The notes beneath the pieces were generated by a model. The model was not told the origin of the DNA. It saw only the letters and a list, made by a program, of their open reading frames with translations, and ran no database searches. From Minisyncoccota bacterium (GTDB taxonomy: Bacteria > Patescibacteriota > Minisyncoccia > UBA6257 > GWB1-50-10): a stretch of 64,000 nt of DNA. The DNA is taken from the NCBI GenBank assembly GCA_035573955.1, contig DATLZO010000019.1, positions 161-64,160 on the forward strand, written 5' to 3'. This document shows positions 63,705-64,000 of the stretch, in pieces; positions within the stretch are counted from its first letter, which is position 1, and every line of letters starts with the position of its first letter. Made by a program: the position numbers and the translations under genes.

Positions 63705-64000
63705 TACTGTAAACGGCGCTTCTAAGTGAAAGGTAAACCTTTATTTGGGCTGGCGATGAGGATGCGGAAAAGTGCTCAATTTCGAAAGCCGTAGTTTCCA
63801 CTCGTCCATTTGTGAGCGGAACGGCAGGACCGCCGGCGAGCGAGAGTTTAATTGCGGTTCCATCGAGGGAAACAATTGCCGGACTCATAGTTTGATTCCC
63901 GAGTGTCATTCCGAGCACAGTGCTGGAAGCGTTCTGGGCTGGTGCCGTGACGCCAGTTGAGAGCGACGTAAGCCAGCCAAGCTTCCCTTCCAGAAATTCG
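63661..64000 (-). CDS. partial ORF running off the window end (hypothetical, pilus-locus neighbour)
   Basis: open frame continues to position 64000; no family assigned. Confidence 0.2.
   Translation of the reverse strand, partial: EFLEGKLGWLTSLSTGVTAPAQNASSTVLGMTLGNQTMSPAIVSLDGTAIKLSLAGGPAVPLTNGRVETTAFEIEHFSASSSPAQIKVYLSLRSAVYSNVVATTTFFYVLPR

Overview
This 64 kb window is a gene-dense chromosomal segment from a small-genome bacterium. The gene content fits a Candidate Phyla Radiation / Patescibacteria-like organism (inference): a 146-aa EF-Ts, a hinge-less 726-aa SMC, type IV pilins, many SD-less gene starts, and a 23S rRNA carrying IVSs and an intron that is not preceded by a 16S gene. Most of the window is housekeeping. 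Replication genes are gyrB, dnaE, dnaX, rnhB and rnhA. Transcription and translation genes are secE, nusG, rplK, rpmF, rpmG, rpsP, rpsB, tsf, nusB, rnc, gatB, miaA, thrS, gltX, trmD, ychF and rnpB. A dTTP-synthesis cluster (thyA-folA-dcd-tmk) follows rplK directly. A dcw-like cell-wall cluster (mraY, amidohydrolase, ftsW, murG, then gltX, an M23 peptidase and murC; ddl and a DD-carboxypeptidase lie elsewhere) sits near scpAB, smc and pilin genes. The window also holds a 23S-5S rRNA unit with four insertions: two homologous AT-rich IVS-like hairpins at the helix-25 and helix-45 sites, a group I intron with a nonsense-interrupted LAGLIDADG gene inserted beside the sarcin-ricin loop, and a 3' expansion. 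There are four tRNAs (Tyr, Thr, Thr, Trp) and RNase P RNA. Seven things stand out.
- Two divergent paralogs of a ~585-aa cysteine-rich protein with duplicated N- and C-terminal zinc-ribbon-like modules. One lies between ftsW and murG. Both are preceded by a conserved upstream element containing the palindrome ATTGACGTCAAT or a half of it.
- A ~24-27 nt palindromic element (GGTGGTATAcTTAAATATACCACC) present in at least four copies, two of them in-frame inside pgk and murC.
- Small GC-rich genes with canonical Shine-Dalgarno sequences, unlike the SD-less host genes, flanking the tRNA cluster and elsewhere. These look like horizontally acquired islets.
- A low-GC free-standing LAGLIDADG homing endonuclease gene next to murC.
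- A GC-rich structured candidate ncRNA upstream of the csp promoter.
- A hinge-less short SMC.
- Several strong intergenic palindromes.
Coordinates of non-CDS features are from manual counting and may be off by 1-3 nt.
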